Shown piece by piece: positions 58,783 through 64,000 of a DNA stretch of 64,000 bases. The stretch spans positions 416,001 through 480,000 of the forward strand of contig CBDBOV010000004.1 in NCBI GenBank assembly GCA_965208575.1, in the 5' to 3' direction. This DNA comes from Spirochaetia bacterium (GTDB taxonomy: Bacteria; Spirochaetota; Spirochaetia; SZUA-6; Bin103). The notes below the pieces were generated by a model. The model had not been told where the DNA came from. It saw nothing but the letters and a program-made list of their open reading frames with translations, and did not search any database. Position numbers and translations under genes: made by a program. Within the stretch, counting starts at the first letter, position 1. Each line of letters begins with the position of its first letter.

Positions 58783-60761
58783 ACCGAAGTTCCAGAGCGG
58801 GAATCTTGTTAATTCGTTATTGATCTGAAAATTGCGCTCAACAGCCGATGTCCGTTACTGGCTACACTTGGGCGCTGACCTCCAGGAGATCGAAACAGCG
58901 CTGCTGCAGCGCGGTCGGTTCGCTGTGCATGGTGAACGTGGCGCCGCTATCCACTATCCGCACGCGGTTGGCCGTCAGCGTCCCCAACTCGCTCATCAGG
59001 CTGCGAAAGCTGTGCACCGGCAGACCGTCGTCGGTACGCTTGCTCGCCGCCTTCCGGTGTGCGGCCGGTGAGCGTTCCGCCGGTTGCACCACCGACTCGC
59101 GCAGCGCCTCGCCGGCGGCGCGGTCGTGGTCGTCGAACAGCACCGGCGCCAGCTTGCTGCGCATGTGCCACTCCACGTAGTAGGCCAGCATGCACAGGAA
59201 CACGTGCGCCCGCACCCGGTCAGCACTGCGGTGATAGATCGGTCGCACCTTCAGATCCACCGTTTTCATGCTGCGGAAGGCGCGCTCCACCTTGGCCAGA
59301 TCCTTGTACGCCGTCACCGTCTGCTCGGCGTCGAACAGCTCCGGCTCCACGTTGGAGCGCACGATGTAGAGCCCGTCCAGTTCTTCCTCGGCCGCGATCT
59401 TGTCCAGGTCACGCACGAACGAGAACGAGTCGTCGGTGATGGTGGTGGTGAAATGCTTGCCCACCTTGTAGTGGTTGATCACCTTGCCCACCCGCAGGCC
59501 GATCGCGGCGGCGCCGCGCAGCGGCTTTTTGGCGCGCTGCGTGGCCGTCACGATCGGCGTCAGTTCCTCCTCCGTGGAGGCCAGCAACTTCTGCCTCTTG
59601 CGCTGCCGTTGCTCGGCCAGGATCGGGTTGCGGCACACGATCAGCCGCTCGCCGGGGAACTCGGGTGAGCTGATCTCCGCCAGGTCACGCTCGTCGAACA
59701 TGGTCTGCGCCACTTCGCCGGCCTCGATCAGCTTGCGGATGGTGGGCGCCCGCAGGGTCGTGATCCAGCGCAGGCCGTCGATCCCCTGCAGGTCCTCGCG
59801 GATGCGCGCGCCGGTGAGCATGCCGCGGTCGCCGACCAGCACGACGCGCTGCAAGCCGAAACGGTTGCGAATCTTGTCGACCTGAGCGGCGACCGTCTTG
59901 GGGTCACTGGTGGAGCCCTCGAATACCTCGACGGCGATGGGACAGCCGTCTGCGGTACACAGCAGGCCGAACACGATCTGCAAGGTGCCGCGTTTGCCGT
60001 CGCGGCTGTGACCGCGGCGCGCCAACGGGCAGGTGTGTCCCTCGAAGTAACTGGAAGTCAGGTCGTACAACATGAGCGTGTTGTCATGCAGATGGCGCTT
60101 GGCCAAGCGCTGCTCGATGCCGTGCTGGCGAGCGAGCAGCCAATCCATGGCGGCATACAGCTCATTCTCGTCGACGGCTCCCAACTGCAGCAGGTGGCCG
60201 AGGGAGGAGACGGCGCTTTCGGGGTTCAGGCCGCGAGCGGTGGCGAGTTTGGAGCGAGCGTCGACGACGCGAGCGACGATCATGGCGACGACCAGGTCGC
60301 GTTCACGGGAGGCGGGACGAGCGACGAGGGAATGGAGGGAGAGCTTGCGGAGGGAACCGAGGACGGCGGCGACGTGGCCGTGGGGATAGCTGCGCAAGAT
60401 GGAGAGCAGTTCGTTGGGAGAGCGCAGAGCGATACCGCCGTTGAGGAGGACGCGCAAACCCTCGACGAGGTGATCGGGCCACTTGGAGAGGTTGGCGATG
60501 GTGCGTTTTTTGACCTTGCCGTGCTGGCGGAAGGACTCGCGGAGGAGGACGGCCGGGGGAGAGTTGCGGTTGGGGACGGTGTCGATGTACATGGGCACCC
60601 TACGGAGGGAATGGTAGATCATTTAATAATTACATGTCAACCAGATGAGAGAAAATTAACGCTGAACCACAGGACTATTTACATGGACACGATTTACACC
60701 CATGAACACGCTAATTCCTGTAATAGGAAACAGTTACAAGAACGGCCTCTCAAACCTCGGG
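58783..60761 (-). mobile_element. IS1634-family insertion sequence
   Basis: CTAG at 58779-58782 and 60762-60765; short imperfect IR ACCGAAGTT / CCCGAGGTT. Confidence 0.8.
58862..60592 (-). CDS. IS1634-family transposase, apparently intact
   Basis: LLRES.R..GKV..RT.ANLS, LYDLTSSYFEG, GHSRD, VGDRGM, VERAFR..K, RPIYH...RVRAHVFLC.LAY. Confidence 0.93.
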   Translation of the reverse strand: MYIDTVPNRNSPPAVLLRESFRQHGKVKKRTIANLSKWPDHLVEGLRVLLNGGIALRSPNELLSILRSYPHGHVAAVLGSLRKLSLHSLVARPASRERDLVVAMIVARVVDARSKLATARGLNPESAVSSLGHLLQLGAVDENELYAAMDWLLARQHGIEQRLAKRHLHDNTLMLYDLTSSYFEGHTCPLARRGHSRDGKRGTLQIVFGLLCTADGCPIAVEVFEGSTSDPKTVAAQVDKIRNRFGLQRVVLVGDRGMLTGARIREDLQGIDGLRWITTLRAPTIRKLIEAGEVAQTMFDERDLAEISSPEFPGERLIVCRNPILAEQRQRKRQKLLASTEEELTPIVTATQRAKKPLRGAAAIGLRVGKVINHYKVGKHFTTTITDDSFSFVRDLDKIAAEEELDGLYIVRSNVEPELFDAEQTVTAYKDLAKVERAFRSMKTVDLKVRPIYHRSADRVRAHVFLCMLAYYVEWHMRSKLAPVLFDDHDRAAGEALRESVVQPAERSPAAHRKAASKRTDDGLPVHSFRSLMSELGTLTANRVRIVDSGATFTMHSEPTALQQRCFDLLEVSAQV

Positions 60762-61142
60762 CTAGACCGTGCGCGCCGCCCTGGCCACGGCCCTCGCCGC
60801 CGAGCGGGTATCGTGCCAAGGTGAAATACGCCTTCTACGTTGTTTTCCTTGACAACATTCAACACTTCAGGCCAGATCTTTTGGTCTCCCTGGACAACCT
60901 TTACGTTATTCTTGATATCCGCGACGCGCTCTATTTGCGGAGCGATGTCAAACAATACGACGTCCTCGCCCCTCTCTACCAGTCTATGTGCCAGGCCAGT
61001 ACCAACCCAACCTGTTCCGCCGGTAATAAGTATGGACATCCTTCTTTGCCTCCATATGACCCTATGTGATCGTCCTACAGGTAAGGAACTAACGTCGACC
61101 CCGCAGTACACTTTCTCGAACGATTATGCGCAGCGTCTCGGT

Positions 61143-61327
61143 CACGGTGTCCAACGGTGCCAACCCTACCGGTCTCAGACCTACCGGCTGACAGCACGCT
61201 GCCGGCGGGTATAAGATGGGGCTCTTCTGGGTTTCGTGTGGGTAGCGCGGTGTTCGACTCCCTGACCGTGTAGGCTCCGGTTAGCTCCCCGAAGCCATGC
61301 GGGATTCGTTGACAGTCTCTACATGGT
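61143..61327 (+). mobile_element. Possible non-autonomous IS110 remnant (non-coding ends only)
   Basis: TATAAGATGGGGCTC and terminal TTGACA...CTACATGG resemble IS110 non-coding ends as recalled; no recombinase ORF. Confidence 0.4.
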
Positions 61328-61518
61328 CGGCGGTGCCGTGGTCGTCCCCGGCGTTGAGCCGTTGGGCCGTTGAGCATTCGGAATCTCTGGTCGCGCCGCT
61401 TCGCCGACGGTTTCGTGGATTACCGGCTGATGAACTGATCCTACTTCGTGGTCACCCCGTTCCGCTTTGCTCAAGCCCTTCTCGGTGATGTCGGTGGTCA
61501 CGCCATCCCTCATTCTAT

Positions 61519-61839
61519 CTATGGGATCGGGACTTCTCTCAGTTCACCGGGGCGTATTTCCTCAAGGGCATTGCGGATGGCTTCCGTTCGCCGCGATATG
61601 CGGGGCCACGCGGTGTTCATCAAGACGACCACGGCCACTCGCCTGTTTGACATGTTCTGTTGGTATCCGATGCCCTGATCGGTGGTGATCAGGACCTCGT
61701 AGCCGGCTTCTTCAGCCCGATCCAGCAAGACCCCGTTGGCCAAGGTGGCCCAGCCGCGCTCCATGGCCGTTTCGATTTCATGGCCGAAGAGCTGGCGGCG
61801 CAACTGCTTGGGCGTCCCGTTATCGAACAGGATGCGCAT
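61519..61839 (-). CDS. DUF5615 PIN-like toxin
   Basis: MRILFDNG.P, GW..L.NG.LL..AE, LITTD...YQQN. Confidence 0.88.
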   Translation of the reverse strand: MRILFDNGTPKQLRRQLFGHEIETAMERGWATLANGVLLDRAEEAGYEVLITTDQGIGYQQNMSNRRVAVVVLMNTAWPRISRRTEAIRNALEEIRPGELREVPIP

Positions 61840-62062
61840 GGGTGACCTTGGCCCGGAGGTCCTGCGCCACGTGCTCCAGCACCGCCTTCACCTCCGATTC
61901 CTCCACCCCCTCGAACCAGTCGATGAAGTCGTATATCGAAGCGCCCTCCGCAAGGTTCTCGAACAGGGCGTACACCGGCAAACGAGTGCCCGTGAACACC
62001 CAGTTGCCGCTCACCTTGCCTGGCACGCTCTCGACTGCCGGGCACTTCTCCCAGTCCGTCAT
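61820..62062 (-). CDS. DUF433 antitoxin
   Basis: PGKVSG.WVF.GTRLPV..LFENL..G. Confidence 0.92.
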   Translation of the reverse strand: MTDWEKCPAVESVPGKVSGNWVFTGTRLPVYALFENLAEGASIYDFIDWFEGVEESEVKAVLEHVAQDLRAKVTHAHPVR

Positions 62063-62228
62063 ACGATCACCTCACTTTCGATTGCCAGGGCTTCTGCCGA
62101 CTCTTCGGCGTCGTAGAGGCCGTGTTTCTCCTTGCCGTTGTTGTCTTGTACGCGGTTGGCAGCGTATGGCGGGCCAAATCCACGATTCGACTATAGCAAC
62201 CACTATCGACGAGTGCAATGGGGCGCAT

Positions 62229-62284
62229 TGACTCATCGAAAATCTAACCGTAGCGAAAGCATGCCTCATCTAAAAATCTAACCG
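62229..62284. repeat. Subterminal direct repeats at the left end of the rve-type element
   Basis: TGACTCATCGAAAATCTAACCG (62229-62250) and TGCCTCATCTAAAAATCTAACCG (62262-62284). Confidence 0.7.
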
Positions 62285-62349
62285 AACGGGCTGGACCTTC
62301 CGGGTCCGGTTGGAGCCTCTCCGAGGGACGTGAGGAGGTTCCGGAGGAG

Positions 62350-63623
62350 ATGGGGTTGAAGATGAGTTCAAGGCGAGAGCTCACCGAGCAGCACGCGCAG
62401 CGGTATCGTCGGGCGGGCAAGAAGGAGAAGGGGCGCATACTCGACGAGTTCGTCGAGTCGACCGGGTACCAGCGCAAGTACGCGATCCATCTGTTGACCT
62501 GGTGGGGACGGACCCGCATGGTGCGAGTCGACGGCACACTGGTGAAGCTGGTGGTCGGGCGTCCGCGGCCTGCCCAGCGCCGCGTGCGACCGCGGCGCTA
62601 CGACCAGGAGGTGCTGGTCGCTCTGAAGCTGATCTGGTACGTGTTCGACTGCATGTGCGGCAAGCGCCTGGTGGTCGTGCTGCGCACCATGCTGCCGACG
62701 CTGGAGTCGTTCGGCGAGATCGAGCTGACCGCAGCGGTGCGCGGCAAGCTGCAGACCATCAGCGCCGCGACCATCGACCGGCTGCTGCAGCAGGAGCGCG
62801 CACGGCTGCGCCTGAAGGGTCGCACGCACACCAAGCCGGGCACCCTCCTGAAGGATCAGATCGCGATCCGAACCTTCGCTGACTGGGACGAGCAGGAGCC
62901 GGGCTTCTTCGAGATCGACTTGGTGGGCCATGAAGGCGGCAACGCGTCAGGCGACTTCTGCCACACGCTCACCATCACCGACGTTGACACCGGCTGGGTC
63001 GACCTGTACGGCGTGCAGAACAAGGCGCAGCGCTGGACCCACGAGGCGATCGACGCTGCCCGGCAGAGCCTGCCGATCGTGATGCGGGGGATCGACACCG
63101 ACAACGGCAGCGAGTTCATCAATCATCATTTGCTGCGCTATTGCGAAGCGCACGGCATCACGTTCACTCGGGGTCGCCCGCATCGCAAGAACGACACCTG
63201 CTACGTCGAGCAGAAGAATGGCCACGTGGTGCGACGGGCGGTCGGCCACCTGCGTTACGACACCGACCGGGAACTGGCTGCCCTCAACGCGATATACCGC
63301 CCGCTGTGCCTGCTGGTGAACTTCTTCTATCCCTCGGTGAAGCTGGTGAAGAAACCCGCACCGGCAGCAAGGTGCGCCGCATCTATGACGACCCGCAGAC
63401 GCCGTATCACCGCATGCTGGCCTCCGAGTCGGTGAGCGAGAAGGTGAAGAACCGCCTCAAGCAGCAGTACGCGACGTTGAATCCGGTCGCCCTCAAGCGC
63501 GAGCTGACCAGGTTGACCGAGGATCTGCTGCAGCTGAACGTCAGCAAGACCGCCAAGGCCGCACCAAGCACGGTGCAAACACCGAGCGAGGAGCGTGGTG
63601 GCAGCGGTCGCACGGCAAAATGA
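62350..63623 (+). pseudogene. Integrase-core (rve) DDE transposase with one frameshift near 63352
   Basis: RYRRA.K.EKG.ILDEF, PGFFEIDLV.H, DTDNGSEFIN, VEQKN; continues TRTGSKVRRIYDDPQTPY in another frame. Confidence 0.85.
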
Positions 63624-63791
63624 CCCTCTCAGGCGGGTCTGACGGTCGATAATCGGAGAATGGGCGGTCAGCGATGAGAAAACGTCGCCTCAGCCGCGCT
63701 GTAAGGCCCCTCCACGACACGAGGTGGTGTCTGGATACCCCCGTGTCTATGCATAACCATGCAATTCAGTGCAACTTTATCCGCGACCGTA

Positions 63792-64000
63792 AGCCGGGTG
63801 GCGGAGTCCCGGTGCCGTCCCTGCAGTGCCTCGGCGAGGCGATTGCGGACCGCTGCCAGCCGGCTGCGTACCCGCCTGATGCTCTTTTCCAGGGCCCGGC
63901 GCACCGGTTCACGACCCGTGCGTCGGGCTCCGGCGGCGCAAGGTCATGGCTCGGCAGCGCGTCAAGGTTGAACTGCTCGCGCAGGTACTTGAAGAAGTTC
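63792..64000 (-). pseudogene. Internal fragment of a putative transposase, frameshifted; enters from window edge
   Basis: Own translation NFFKYLREQFNLDAL...VVN/VRRALEK. Confidence 0.55.

Larger units (their letters stand above)
58484..61039 (-). pseudogene. NAD-dependent epimerase/dehydratase (extended SDR), split by IS and truncated
   Basis: N-part 61039-~60810 (ITGGTGWVG...VFHLG); C-part ~58745-58484 (NVLEAAR, FTSS, YGVTK); lower GC than surroundings. Confidence 0.85.

Noticed and set aside
61470-61501. VTTDITEKGL resembling a type I restriction HsdR N-terminus
   Set aside because: Only about 10 residues; too short to support

Overview
High-GC bacterial window, probably from a Spirochaetia-like organism. 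This is an inference from the AxG-type SBP signal peptides and a Borrelia-like mevalonate pathway. It holds six family-5 (Dpp/Opp-like) ABC substrate-binding proteins and five permease pairs with no ATPase, a rhamnoside-utilisation operon, a metal/fluoride module, a miaB-hmgR-mvaD-pmk-mvk cluster, TA/Fic/AAA genes and many decayed IS elements. Two items stand out. (1) At 4808-10164 there is a four-layer nest: an ISKra4-like element contains an IS1-like cargo element, which carries a cryptic tRNA-like gene (Trp anticodon loop, Ala-type G3:U70/A73 acceptor), itself split by an IS1634 insertion at CTAG. (2) At 45361-46119 a DIP1984-like helical protein gene is followed by an ~200-nt stem-closed candidate ncRNA containing seven CAGY motifs at an 8-nt period. 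All family assignments come from motif recognition by eye; no searches were run.
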